NCBI GenBank assembly: GCA_963845565.1
Contig: CAWJSJ010000002.1
Span: forward strand, 2,208,001-2,272,000
Length of the DNA: 64,000 nt
From: an uncultured Methylomirabilota bacterium
GTDB taxonomy: Bacteria > Methylomirabilota > Methylomirabilia > Methylomirabilales > 2-02-FULL-66-22
Direction of reading: 5' to 3'
This document shows positions 31,125 through 41,400 of this stretch, one piece after another; the first letter of the stretch is position 1, and each line of letters starts with the position of its first letter. The position numbers were made by a program, and so were the translations under genes. The notes beneath the pieces are model-generated. The model was not told the DNA's origin. It searched no databases and saw nothing but the letters and a program-made list of their open reading frames with translations.

Positions 31125-31821
31125 GGTTCGGGGAGTCCGCGGTGGATATGGGGATGTCACCGTCCTGAAGGACGTCAGCCTCGACGTCCACGACCGGGAG
31201 GTCGTGGCGCTGGTCGGGGCCAACGGGGCGGGGAAGTCCACCCTCCTCCGAACCATCTCGGGGCTGTTGCGTCCGACCGCCGGGGAGATCCGCTTCATGG
31301 GCGAGCGGATCGATCACGCTCCGCCACATCACGTGGTGGAACTGGGGTTCGTCCAGGTCCCGGAAGGCAAGCAGCTCTTTCCCCAGATGACAGTCGAGGA
31401 GAACCTTCTGGCAGGCGCCATGTGCCCGCGCGCCCGCGGCGAGCGTCAGAAGAGCCTGCAGGAGGTCTACAGCCTGTTCGCCGAGATCGCGGACAAGCGG
31501 GCCCGCCAGGCCGGCTCCCTGTCGGGCGGCGAGCAACAGATGGTGGCGGTGGGACGCGCCCTGATGGCCCGGCCGACGATCCTGGCGATGGACGAGCCGT
31601 CCCTGGGGCTGGCGCCCGTCGTCGTGGACCGCCTCTTCGGCGTGCTGCAGACGATCCGCGAACGCGGCATGACGATCCTGCTCATCGAGCAGAACGTCCA
31701 GCAGACCCTGGAGATGGCCGACCGCGGCTATGTCATGGAAAACGGCCAGATCGTCTTGACGGGGTTGGGGCGGGAACTGCTCGGAAACGCCCATCTCAAA
31801 ACGCACTACCTTGGTGTCTGA
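31111..31821 (+). CDS. livF: ABC ATP-binding protein (LivF)
   Basis: GANGAGKS, LSGGEQQM, DEPSLGLAP, IEQN. Confidence 0.92.
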   Translation: MATLEVRGVRGGYGDVTVLKDVSLDVHDREVVALVGANGAGKSTLLRTISGLLRPTAGEIRFMGERIDHAPPHHVVELGFVQVPEGKQLFPQMTVEENLLAGAMCPRARGERQKSLQEVYSLFAEIADKRARQAGSLSGGEQQMVAVGRALMARPTILAMDEPSLGLAPVVVDRLFGVLQTIRERGMTILLIEQNVQQTLEMADRGYVMENGQIVLTGLGRELLGNAHLKTHYLGV

Positions 31822-31924
31822 GCCGTTGTCAAAGAATGACGTGACCGGAAAAATCGGCAACGGCATAAGGAGCCGTAACGAAATTTAAGAAAGATTGGCC
31901 AAGTTATTTCGTAACGGCTCCTAA
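31819..31924 (+). mobile_element. Palindromic element family 2 (unit A + unit B), copy 1
   Basis: Unit B GGAGCCGTAACGAAAT...ATTTCGTAACGGCTCC is flanked by TAA/TAA; closely similar reverse-complement copy at 40387-40491. Confidence 0.85.
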
Positions 31925-31984
31925 GGACACCCACCGGGTGCAGTTCGGTTGTGCGCGCGGCATCGAGCACGGGCCGACTTTTCC

Positions 31985-32012
31985 TTGACATTCCCCTCTC
32001 CTGTGTTACAGT
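31985..32012 (+). promoter_or_regulatory. Putative sigma70 promoter of metK
   Basis: TTGACA-N16-TACAGT with an extended -10 TG. Confidence 0.55.
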
Positions 32013-32072
32013 CTCGCGGTTTCTTTGCCTGAAACGGTGCCCGGGAACATTTTCTGGCAGGAGGATGGACGC

Positions 32073-33233
32073 GTGGCGTTGAAACAGTTTCTCTTCACGT
32101 CGGAGTCGGTGACCGAGGGGCATCCCGACAAGATTGCGGATCAGATCTCCGATGGGGTGCTGGATGCCGTGTTCAGCCAGGATCCCTATGGCCGGGTGGC
32201 CTGTGAGACGCTGGTGACCACCGGGCTGGCCTTCGTGGCGGGCGAGATCACCACCCGCTGCTATGTGGACATTCCCAAGGTGACCCGCGAGGTCATCCGG
32301 GACGTGGGCTACACGCGGGCGAAGTACGGTTTCGACTTCGAGACCTGCTCCGTCATCACCGCCATCCAGGAACAATCCTCGGACATCGCACTGGGGGTGG
32401 ACATCCAGGGAGCGGGCGACCAGGGACTGATGTTCGGATACGCCACCACGGAGACGCCCGAACTGATGCCCATGCCCATCCTGCTGGCGCACAAGCTGTG
32501 CATGCGCCTGACCGAAGTCCGGCGCAAGGAGATCCTGGATTACCTGCGGCCGGACGGGAAGTCGCAGGTGACCATCGAGTACGTCGATGGCAAGCCGGTC
32601 CGGGTGGACACGGTGGTAATCTCGACGCAGCACAGCCCCGAGGTGACGCTGAAGCAGATCCGCGAGGACGTGATCGATACCGTCATCCTTCCCATCATCC
32701 CCAAGGAACTGCTCAATCCCGAGAAGATCACGTACCACATCAATCCTACCGGTCGGTTCGTCATCGGCGGACCGCACGGGGACACCGGCCTCACCGGTCG
32801 AAAGATCATCGTGGACACCTATGGCGGCGTGGGACGGCACGGTGGTGGCGCGTTCTCGGGCAAGGACCCGACGAAGGTGGACCGCTCCGCCTCTTACATG
32901 GCCCGCTATATCGCCAAGAACCTGGTGGCGGCCGGTCTCTGCGAAAAGTGTGAAGTCCAACTCGCCTACGCCATCGGCGTGGCCGAGCCGGTCTCCGTCA
33001 TGGTGGACAGCAGCGGCACCGGCCGGATCCCGGACGAGGAGATGCAGAAGCTGGTACGCAAGCACTTCGAGTTGACGCCGGCTGGGATCATCAAGTCGCT
33101 CGATTTGCGCCGGCCCATCTATCGCAAGACGGCCGCCTACGGCCATTTCGGGCGTCCCGACCCGGACTTCACCTGGGAGAAGACGGACAAGGCGGAGGCG
33201 CTGAAGAAGGACGCGGGTAAGCTGGGCGCCTAG
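32073..33233 (+). CDS. metK: S-adenosylmethionine synthetase
   Basis: [40 protein letters not shown]. Confidence 0.98.
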   Translation: MALKQFLFTSESVTEGHPDKIADQISDGVLDAVFSQDPYGRVACETLVTTGLAFVAGEITTRCYVDIPKVTREVIRDVGYTRAKYGFDFETCSVITAIQEQSSDIALGVDIQGAGDQGLMFGYATTETPELMPMPILLAHKLCMRLTEVRRKEILDYLRPDGKSQVTIEYVDGKPVRVDTVVISTQHSPEVTLKQIREDVIDTVILPIIPKELLNPEKITYHINPTGRFVIGGPHGDTGLTGRKIIVDTYGGVGRHGGGAFSGKDPTKVDRSASYMARYIAKNLVAAGLCEKCEVQLAYAIGVAEPVSVMVDSSGTGRIPDEEMQKLVRKHFELTPAGIIKSLDLRRPIYRKTAAYGHFGRPDPDFTWEKTDKAEALKKDAGKLGA

Positions 33234-33234
33234 A

Positions 33235-33356
33235 CGGCTGCTGAAAACGGCCCATCTGCGGCGTTGGTCGGCTCGGCACTCGCTGCGACGTACCTCTAGT
33301 ACGTCTCGCTCGGCCTACGCCAAACCGCCTTGCATCTGGACCTTTTTGAGCAGCCT
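33235..33356. mobile_element. MITE/REP-like palindromic element, family 1, copy B
   Basis: GGCTGCTGAAAACGGCCCATCTGCGG...CCGCCTTGCATCTGGACCTTTTTGAGCAGCCT, as at 7344-7505. Confidence 0.8.
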
Positions 33357-33489
33357 GAGCGGAAGGGCACACGTCACCTGGCGAGGTGAAAGAGCGGGGA
33401 TCGGGACGTGGCGGGGGTGGAACCAACCGGGCCCGCACGGATCGAGAGTCAGGGCCAGGGGCGGGAACGACCCCTGGCCCTTGGCATGA

Positions 33490-34758
<1,269 letters not shown>

Positions 34759-34772
34759 GGCGGAGTGCGGGA

Positions 34773-34853
34773 GCCAACCGGTCAATGCGTCGGCTCGTCA
34801 ACTGGCTCTGCCGATTTCTCCAAATTGACCGATTGACCCATCGACGAATTGAC
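34773..34853. repeat. Octamer tandem-repeat hairpin (GTCAA / TTGAC core)
   Basis: gccaaccg gtcaatgc gtcggctc gtcaactg ... aaattgac cgattgac ccatcgac gaattgac. Confidence 0.8.
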
Positions 34854-34933
34854 TCGTGAGTGCCGGGTGCCGAACGGACGAGCCGAAAGCCGTGATGAAC
34901 TGACGGCGAGCGGGTGATGGTTGAAGGTGATAC

Positions 34934-34975
34934 GAGGGCCGGGAGGCGTACGCGCTTTCCCGGCCCTCATTTTTT
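34934..34975 (+). terminator. Intrinsic terminator
   Basis: GAGGGCCGGGA...TCCCGGCCCTC followed by ATTTTTT. Confidence 0.8.
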
Positions 34976-35025
34976 GGCTCTCTCAGGACGTGGCCAACCA
35001 CATCGTGAGGAATGGAGACTGTCCA

Positions 35026-35292
35026 ATGCCTGAAGCCGCACGCCAGAGGGTGCTCGCAGCCGCCCTTGAGGTCGTCGAGAACCAATTGCGTGACGACGAC
35101 CCACCAGAGACCCGGGAGACCCTTGATCGGTTGGTAGAGGAGGGCCACACGGAAGCCGAGGCGAAACGACTCATTGCGGCCGTTGTCCTGGCCGAGATCG
35201 GGGAGATCCTCCGGACCAACGCCCCATTCGACCATACTCGCTTTGTCATCGCCCTCGACCGCTTGCCTGCCTTGTTTGACGGCGAAAACTGA
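35026..35292 (+). CDS. Small acidic helical hypothetical protein (88 aa; DUF1841-like by recollection)
   Basis: GGAG RBS; LEVVENQLRDDDPPETRETLDRL..EG...EA...I. Confidence 0.65.
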   Translation: MPEAARQRVLAAALEVVENQLRDDDPPETRETLDRLVEEGHTEAEAKRLIAAVVLAEIGEILRTNAPFDHTRFVIALDRLPALFDGEN

Positions 35293-35299
35293 ACGTGAT

Positions 35300-35413
35300 C
35301 TGGGTTGGGAGATTTGGCAGACACCGTCTGCCAAATTGGAGGCCCGAGCAAGATACCCGACGCTGTCGGGCAAATCAGAAGTCGGGAAACGGCAAGCGCC
35401 GTCTGCCGAATCC
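35300..35413 (+). pseudogene. Fragment resembling the QTPSAK-repeat linker of DUF1016/YhcG (PDDEXK) proteins
   Basis: Translates LGWEIWQTPSAKLEARARYPTLSGKSEVGKRQAPSAES; no start codon or nuclease domain. Confidence 0.45.
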
Positions 35414-35490
35414 GTCTGCTCCAGCGAATCGACAAGAACCTGGCCTTGCGCTAGAGAAGCGGAAGGGGAAACGGGGGGTCGCGGAGGAAC

Positions 35491-36567
35491 TCAGCCTCGC
35501 AGTCGCCAGAGGGACGCGAGACTGGCGAAGGTGAAGACCGCGTTGGGAAGCCAGGCGGCGACGAGCGGCGGGAGGGCACCGCCCCGGCCGAGCGAGATCC
35601 CCAGGACCAGTACCACGTAATAGACAAACCCCATCGGGATGCATGCGGCCACCCAGATCATGACGCCCGCGCGACCGGTCCGGAGACCGAAGCTCGCTCC
35701 GAGCACCGCCATGATCAGGCTGACCAACGTCGTCGAGACCTTGGCGTGCAGATCCACCATATACCTGGTCGCGCTCACGCCGCTCTTCACCAGCCGGTCG
35801 ATGTACTCCCGGAGCTGGACGTAGCTCATCTCCTCCGGGGAGCGGGCCACTCGGGCAAACTCCTGGGGCAGCTCCTTCAACCGTACCGCCAGCTCCTTGA
35901 ACGGCGTGATCCGGATCGGATTGACGTCGAGTTCCATTTGGTAGCCGTTCCTGACAGTCCAGCCTGTCGGGCTCCAGGTGGCTTCGCTGGCGTCGATGCG
36001 CCGCAGGAGGTTGAAATCGGGCGACAATTCGAAGACGCTCATTCCGCGGATCAGTCCGGACTGGGTTTCGATCAGCGAGATGTGGACAAAGCGGTCATCC
36101 TGCGCCCGGTACCAGATATCGCTGTCGCGCGTGATACGGTGGGCCGGCAGTCGGCGGACCTGCGTGCGTTCGATGTTGAGGGCACGCTCGCTGGCTGGGG
36201 GCGCGATGTACTCCACGGTGATCCAGGCGAAGAGGCTCGCCGCCAGCCCCACGCCGATACACGGCAGGGCGATCCGAAGAGACCCGAGGTGGCCCATTTT
36301 CATGGCCAGGACCTCGTTGTTCTTCGCCAGGCCGCCGACGCCGAGGAGGCACGCCAGGAGAACGGCGACCGGTAGCGTTTCGACGAGGATCTTGGGAAGG
36401 CGGAAGAGGTAATAGCGAACGATCAGCCCCGGGCTCACCTGCGCCTCGAGGAAGCGTGCGAGCTTCTCGAAGAGGTCCACCACGACGTATACGCCGACGA
36501 AGACGACGAGGCACAGCCCGAGAAGCTTCGCGCATTCGCGGGCGATATATCGATCCAGCAGGAGCAT
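35491..36567 (-). CDS. lptG: LPS export ABC permease LptG
   Basis: LDRYIARE, NEVLAMK, TM pattern, AAWLPN. Confidence 0.9.
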   Translation of the reverse strand: MLLLDRYIARECAKLLGLCLVVFVGVYVVVDLFEKLARFLEAQVSPGLIVRYYLFRLPKILVETLPVAVLLACLLGVGGLAKNNEVLAMKMGHLGSLRIALPCIGVGLAASLFAWITVEYIAPPASERALNIERTQVRRLPAHRITRDSDIWYRAQDDRFVHISLIETQSGLIRGMSVFELSPDFNLLRRIDASEATWSPTGWTVRNGYQMELDVNPIRITPFKELAVRLKELPQEFARVARSPEEMSYVQLREYIDRLVKSGVSATRYMVDLHAKVSTTLVSLIMAVLGASFGLRTGRAGVMIWVAACIPMGFVYYVVLVLGISLGRGGALPPLVAAWLPNAVFTFASLASLWRLRG

Positions 36568-36571
36568 TCCG

Positions 36572-37741
36572 TTACCCTCGAGTCTGGCCGGGAGCCCGGC
36601 GGGTTCGCGCCAGCCGCCACGCCTGGGCGAGCGTCGCCGGATGGAGTTCGGCCCGGAGAAAGAGGATGAATCCCCCCGTGGCGATCAAGAGATTCGGAAG
36701 CCACATCGCCAGCACTTCGGGTAGCTTCCCACGGTTGCCCAGACCCTCGCCGCCGACGATCAGAACGTAGTACCCCAGGGCGAGAGCGACGGAGATGGCG
36801 AAACTGACGCCGCGCCCTCCGCGCCGAATCCGGCTGGCCAACGGGATCCCCATGATGCTGAAGAGCACGCACGAGAATGGAATCGCCAGCTTTTTGTGAA
36901 ACTCCACCATCGGGGGATGATCGTTCTTTCCCTCCGCCCGAAGCGCCGTCGCGCGCTCCCGCAGCTCAGTCAAGGTCAGCTCCTGCTCGCCGAGCGGTCG
37001 CTGCATGGGGCCGGCGAATGACCGGCCGGCGTCCAGCGTCACCGCGTAGTTCTGGAAGGTGATGAGCCGGTAACGGCCGGATAACTCGGCTCCGGACAGA
37101 TGGATGGAACCCTGTCGCAGCGTCAGGCCCATCCGGAGTTGCTGGGGATCCGAGTCGAAACGACCGCTTTGGGCCACGATGACCCGACGTTCCGCCGGAT
37201 TGCGGCTGTCCACCAGGAAGACCCCTTCCATCTCCGAGGTGCGGGGGTCCAGGTGCTCGACGTAGAGGATCAAGCCGTCAAAGGCGCTGTTGAACACCCC
37301 CTCCTGAATGCCGACGGCGACCTGACGGCGGGCCATGTCGAACACCAGGTTCTTGAAGGCCTGATTGCTATTCGGCAGGATCCAGATGGTGATCATCAGG
37401 GTGAGCGAGGTGGTAGCCATGCCAAAAAGCAAGGCCGGCAGTGCGAGGCGGGTGAGGCTGATCCCCGCGCCGCGGAGCCCCAGGAGTTCGCCGTCGGTGC
37501 TGAGGCGCGTGAATGTCGCCAGGGCGGCCAGCATGGCGGACATGGGGATGGTGACGACCAGGGAGTAGGGGAGCACATACAGAAAGAGTTGGAGCACCGT
37601 GAAAACCCCAACCCCCTTGTTGACAATCAGCTCGACCAGGCGGAGGATCTTATTGGTGAGGAGGACGAAGGTGAAGACCATGAGGCCGAGCAGGAAGGCC
37701 GTGGTCATTTCCTTCAGGATGGCGCGATCCAGGAGCCGCAT
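36572..37741 (-). CDS. lptF: LPS export ABC permease LptF
   Basis: LDRAILKE, RLSTDGELLGLRGAGIS, EFHKKLAIP, MWLPN. Confidence 0.9.
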   Translation of the reverse strand: MRLLDRAILKEMTTAFLLGLMVFTFVLLTNKILRLVELIVNKGVGVFTVLQLFLYVLPYSLVVTIPMSAMLAALATFTRLSTDGELLGLRGAGISLTRLALPALLFGMATTSLTLMITIWILPNSNQAFKNLVFDMARRQVAVGIQEGVFNSAFDGLILYVEHLDPRTSEMEGVFLVDSRNPAERRVIVAQSGRFDSDPQQLRMGLTLRQGSIHLSGAELSGRYRLITFQNYAVTLDAGRSFAGPMQRPLGEQELTLTELRERATALRAEGKNDHPPMVEFHKKLAIPFSCVLFSIMGIPLASRIRRGGRGVSFAISVALALGYYVLIVGGEGLGNRGKLPEVLAMWLPNLLIATGGFILFLRAELHPATLAQAWRLARTRRAPGQTRG

Positions 37742-37821
37742 GAATGGCCTCACCGTACCCTCAATCTGAACCGGGTGATTTTACTCCAACGAGCGAGGGC
37801 GACCTAGCGGTTTTTCCTCCC

Positions 37822-40368
37822 ATGGCGCCCGCGCAACCGGCAGACCCGGACCGGGCCAGGTCATTCTGCGCACGTCCGATTGTGCCCCTGGCGGTGGCGT
37901 TCGGTCTGGGGATCGCGCTGGCGCCGGCGTTGCCGCTCGGGTCGGTCGGGTGGGCCGCTGCGGCGCTCGTCGGGCTCTTTCTCGGTGCGATCGGGCCGTG
38001 GGCCGGGGCGCGCCATCTCCGGTGGCCGGGGCTCGTGGCAGGGTTCCTCTGTCTGGGGGCGCAGGCCATGGTCGTCGCTCTGCGCGAGGCGCCCCCGCAT
38101 CACCTCAGCCGCCTGCCCGAGGCCGCGCTGGGCGCCCCGATCCCGCTGGAAGGATGGGTGGCGGTCCCCCCAGACCCGCAACCCGCCGAACTCCGCGACG
38201 CCGGCGATGCACTGCGGACGCGCTTCGTGGTCGAGGTGACGCACCTCACCCTGGGGGATCGCCGTGTGTCGGCGACAGGGCGGGCGCGCCTGACGGTGCT
38301 GGGTCCGGCGCCCGATCTCCGATACGGCGACGAGGTGCGCGGCCACGTCCGGCTTCGACATCCCCGCCGCTTTGACAATCCCGGCGCCTTCGATTATCCA
38401 GCCTATCTGGCGAGCCAGGGGATCTTTCTCGAAGGCTGGACGCAGGAGCCTGTGGAGGCGCTCGCGACCCCCCACGGCTCCCGCATCCTCGCCGCCGTGT
38501 TTCGGGTGCGGGCGCTGCTCCTCCAGCGGATTGACGCCGCCATGCCTGCGGCGGAGGCGGGACTCCTCAAGGCCACCGTGCTGGGCGACCGATCGGGGCT
38601 CACACCCGAGATGAATCGGGCCTTCCTGGACTCGGGCACCTTCCACATCCTCGCCATCTCCGGCTTGAACGTCAGTCTCTTGGCCGGCGGCCTCTTTGCG
38701 ATGTTGCGGCTGGCGCGGGCCTCGCCGCGGCTGGCGGCGTGCGCCTCGGCGATCCTGGTCACCTTCTACGCGGCGTTGGCCGGGGCCAGTGCGTCGGTGA
38801 TCCGCGCCGCGGTGATGGCGGACGTCTACTTGCTGGCGATCGTCCTGGATCGGCGCGCGGACCTCTTGAACAGTCTGGCGCTTTCGGCGCTGGCCATTCT
38901 CTGGTGGAATCCCCGGTTTCTCCAGGATGTGGGCTTCCAACTCACCTTTTTGGCGACGCTCGGGATCATCCTCGTCGTGCCCCGGTGCGAGCGAGGGCTG
39001 GCCTCGGTGTGGCGGCCGCTCCGGTGGGTGATCGAATCGGTCGCCATCACGGTCGCGGCGACGGCGATCACCCTGCCGATCCTGGCGGCGACCTTCAACC
39101 GTGTCTCCCCCGTAGGTCTCCTGGCCAATATCCCCATCGTTCCCTTGAGCGGCCTGATCACGGGTCTGGGGACCGCCGCCTGCGCCTTGTTCCTGCTGAT
39201 ACCGGGGGGGGTCACGGGGCTCAACCAGGTCAACGGATGGCTGGTGGACCTCCTCTTTGGGCTGGCCCGGTGGTTCGCCGACTGGCCCTGGAGCAGCGTG
39301 CGGGTGTTTACCCCGACCGGCGCCATGCTGGTCACGTACTATGCCGCCGTGGCCATGCTCCTCTGGGCGTTTCCGGTCGTCCCGGCGATGGGGGGCCGTG
39401 GGCGGTCACGCCGGTGGGCCGCCTGGGGGGCGGTTGCCTGCTGTCTCGGCCTCGGGGGAGAGGCGCTGTGGCTGTTGTATCCGCCCGAGAAGGGTGCCGC
39501 GGTGCGCGTGACCTTCCTGGACGTCGGCCAGGGAGAGGCGATTTTCCTGGAGGCCCCCGGACAGGGGCGCATGTTGGTCGATGCGGGCGGCACGCAGGGC
39601 GGCGGGTTCGACATTGGACAGCACGTGATCGTGCCCTTCCTGTGGCACGAATGGGTGCGTCATCTCGACGTCCTGGCCCTGACGCATCCACAGTCCGATC
39701 ACATCGGCGGTGCGCCGACGATCCTTCGCATGGTGTCCGTGGGCGAGGTCTGGACCGGAGCCGGGCCGGCGCTTTCGCCGACCGACCTATGGATCCAGGA
39801 GTACCTCCGACGGCGGCGCATCCCGCACCGGGTGGTGGTGGCGGGCGATGCACCTTTTCGGATGGGGGAAGCCGTCATCGAGGCGCTGCATCCCGATGCG
39901 GGGAGCATGGCGGCGACGGGGGGTGCGGGACGGGCACCGCGGCCCAACGACCGATCGTTGGTCCTCCGCGTGCGTCTGGAGGATCAGGCGGTTCTGCTCA
40001 CCGGGGACCTCGAGCGGGACGGCGAGGCGGCGCTCCTACACTCCGGTGTCGCGCTCGGCGCGCAGGTGATCAAGGTTCCGCACCACGGGTCTCGCCAGTC
40101 CAGCACCGAGGCATTTCTCCGGGCCGTCGGGGCGCAGACGGCCGTGCTCTCGGTCGGGCACCGCAATCCCTTCCGGCACCCGCATCCGGAGATCCTGGCG
40201 AGGTATCACGCGCTGGGGATCCGCCTGTGGCGAACGGATCGGAACGGAGCGGTCGGCGTGGAAATGCGGCCTGGAAACACGCGCGTGTGGGGACGGCGCG
40301 GGGAGAGCCACGAGCCACGAGCCGAGAGCCGCGACGTAACGATAGGTAGCCCAGGGGAGGCACCGTGA
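37822..40368 (+). CDS. comEC: DNA internalisation competence protein ComEC/Rec2
   Basis: NPGAFDY, HILAISGLN, GFQLTF, LDVGQG, THPQSDHIGG, KVPHHGS, RTDRNG. Confidence 0.93.
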   Translation: MAPAQPADPDRARSFCARPIVPLAVAFGLGIALAPALPLGSVGWAAAALVGLFLGAIGPWAGARHLRWPGLVAGFLCLGAQAMVVALREAPPHHLSRLPEAALGAPIPLEGWVAVPPDPQPAELRDAGDALRTRFVVEVTHLTLGDRRVSATGRARLTVLGPAPDLRYGDEVRGHVRLRHPRRFDNPGAFDYPAYLASQGIFLEGWTQEPVEALATPHGSRILAAVFRVRALLLQRIDAAMPAAEAGLLKATVLGDRSGLTPEMNRAFLDSGTFHILAISGLNVSLLAGGLFAMLRLARASPRLAACASAILVTFYAALAGASASVIRAAVMADVYLLAIVLDRRADLLNSLALSALAILWWNPRFLQDVGFQLTFLATLGIILVVPRCERGLASVWRPLRWVIESVAITVAATAITLPILAATFNRVSPVGLLANIPIVPLSGLITGLGTAACALFLLIPGGVTGLNQVNGWLVDLLFGLARWFADWPWSSVRVFTPTGAMLVTYYAAVAMLLWAFPVVPAMGGRGRSRRWAAWGAVACCLGLGGEALWLLYPPEKGAAVRVTFLDVGQGEAIFLEAPGQGRMLVDAGGTQGGGFDIGQHVIVPFLWHEWVRHLDVLALTHPQSDHIGGAPTILRMVSVGEVWTGAGPALSPTDLWIQEYLRRRRIPHRVVVAGDAPFRMGEAVIEALHPDAGSMAATGGAGRAPRPNDRSLVLRVRLEDQAVLLTGDLERDGEAALLHSGVALGAQVIKVPHHGSRQSSTEAFLRAVGAQTAVLSVGHRNPFRHPHPEILARYHALGIRLWRTDRNGAVGVEMRPGNTRVWGRRGESHEPRAESRDVTIGSPGEAP

Positions 40369-40386
40369 ACAACGGTCGCCGCGACG

Positions 40387-40491
40387 TTAGGAGCCGTTAC
40401 GAAATAACATGTCCATATTCTGTAATTTCGTTACGGCTCCCTATGCCGTTCCGAAATTTCTCCGCTCAAGTTATTCTTTGACAACGGCTTA
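40387..40491 (-). mobile_element. Palindromic element family 2 (unit A + unit B), copy 2
   Basis: Reverse complement of the 31819-31924 element; begins at the TAA stop of the lipoprotein gene. Confidence 0.85.
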
Positions 40492-40989
40492 GTGGAAAAT
40501 CTCTTCGTGGATCTGCCAGCCCATGGGTCCGCGCTTCAAGCGCCAGGTGACCTCGTTCCTGACGATGTTCTGCCGTGCTTCTTTCCTCCCGGCTTCCACC
40601 GCGACGATCAGTTCGGTCTCGGCTTCGACCACGGCCCGATCTCCCTGGAGGGTCAAGCGGAACTCCTTCACGTCCATCGCGATTTCCTTGACCGCGCGAA
40701 ACGTCTGGGTGTACGCCTGGCGGAGTTCCGGTTTTCCGATGCGGGCGGCGGAGCGGTCGGTGGCCACTCCAAGATACCGGTTGAAGTTCCCGATATAGGC
40801 GTCGTCGGCGTACGCCGACATGACGGCCTCGACGGACCTGGCCTTGATCCCGTCCGAGATCCTCGTCAAGGTGGCCACCACCAATGCCTCGTCGTTGTTC
40901 TTGGGTTTGTAGGATTGGAGCGACGTACCCCCGCATCCGGCGAGGAGCAGCACGAGTGAGAGAGTGAGCACCGCCTGTCGGACCTTCAC
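40489..40989 (-). CDS. Lipoprotein, probable NTF2/SnoaL-like fold
   Basis: GGAGG RBS and GTG start; lipobox LLAGC; YADDA, GDRAVV and WRLKR...WQI pattern. Confidence 0.75.
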   Translation of the reverse strand: MKVRQAVLTLSLVLLLAGCGGTSLQSYKPKNNDEALVVATLTRISDGIKARSVEAVMSAYADDAYIGNFNRYLGVATDRSAARIGKPELRQAYTQTFRAVKEIAMDVKEFRLTLQGDRAVVEAETELIVAVEAGRKEARQNIVRNEVTWRLKRGPMGWQIHEEIFH

Positions 40990-41000
40990 GAATCGCCTCC

Positions 41001-41186
41001 TTACGGCTTGACGATGAACCGCACCACGCAGCTGGCACACCGCTGCAGGTGTGTGACCAGCTCGGGATTCCTGCCCGGCTTCCCCGGCGCCATCAGGGGC
41101 AACGACTGATACGCGGCGGGGATCGGCATCCAATCCACCCGGTGACCCGGAATGGTGGGACAGTGAATGGTGTACCAGTTCGGCAT
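41001..41186 (-). CDS. Small (61 aa) putative Zn-binding protein
   Basis: GGAGGGG RBS; HC...H and HLQRCASC (Hx3Cx2C); its stop abuts the RBS of the next gene. Confidence 0.6.
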   Translation of the reverse strand: MPNWYTIHCPTIPGHRVDWMPIPAAYQSLPLMAPGKPGRNPELVTHLQRCASCVVRFIVKP

Positions 41187-41242
41187 GGCGTACGCCCCTC
41201 CGTTGTTTCCCGGGACCGTTATACGCGAAGAGTGCCGGGTTT

Positions 41243-41395
41243 GGCAAGCGGGCGATTGGGCGACTGGGCAACTGGGTGCCTGGGCAATCGAGCAATTGGG
41301 CGACTGGGCAATTGGGGGAGCAGGGCAGTGCGATTCGCTCCTTCTCTCAGTTGCCAAATCTCCCAGTCGCCCAATTGCCAAGTTGCCTAATCGCC
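41243..41395. repeat. Octamer tandem-repeat hairpin (GGCRAYTG x9 / NARTYGCC x6)
   Basis: ggcaagcg ggcgattg ggcgactg ggcaactg ... cagttgcc aaatctcc cagtcgcc caattgcc aagttgcc taatcgcc. Confidence 0.9.
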
Positions 41396-41400
41396 GGTTC

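Noticed and set aside
34888..34910. Box C/D kink-turn (GTGATGA...CTGA)
   Set aside because: Bulge and loop are too short for a canonical k-turn; probably chance.
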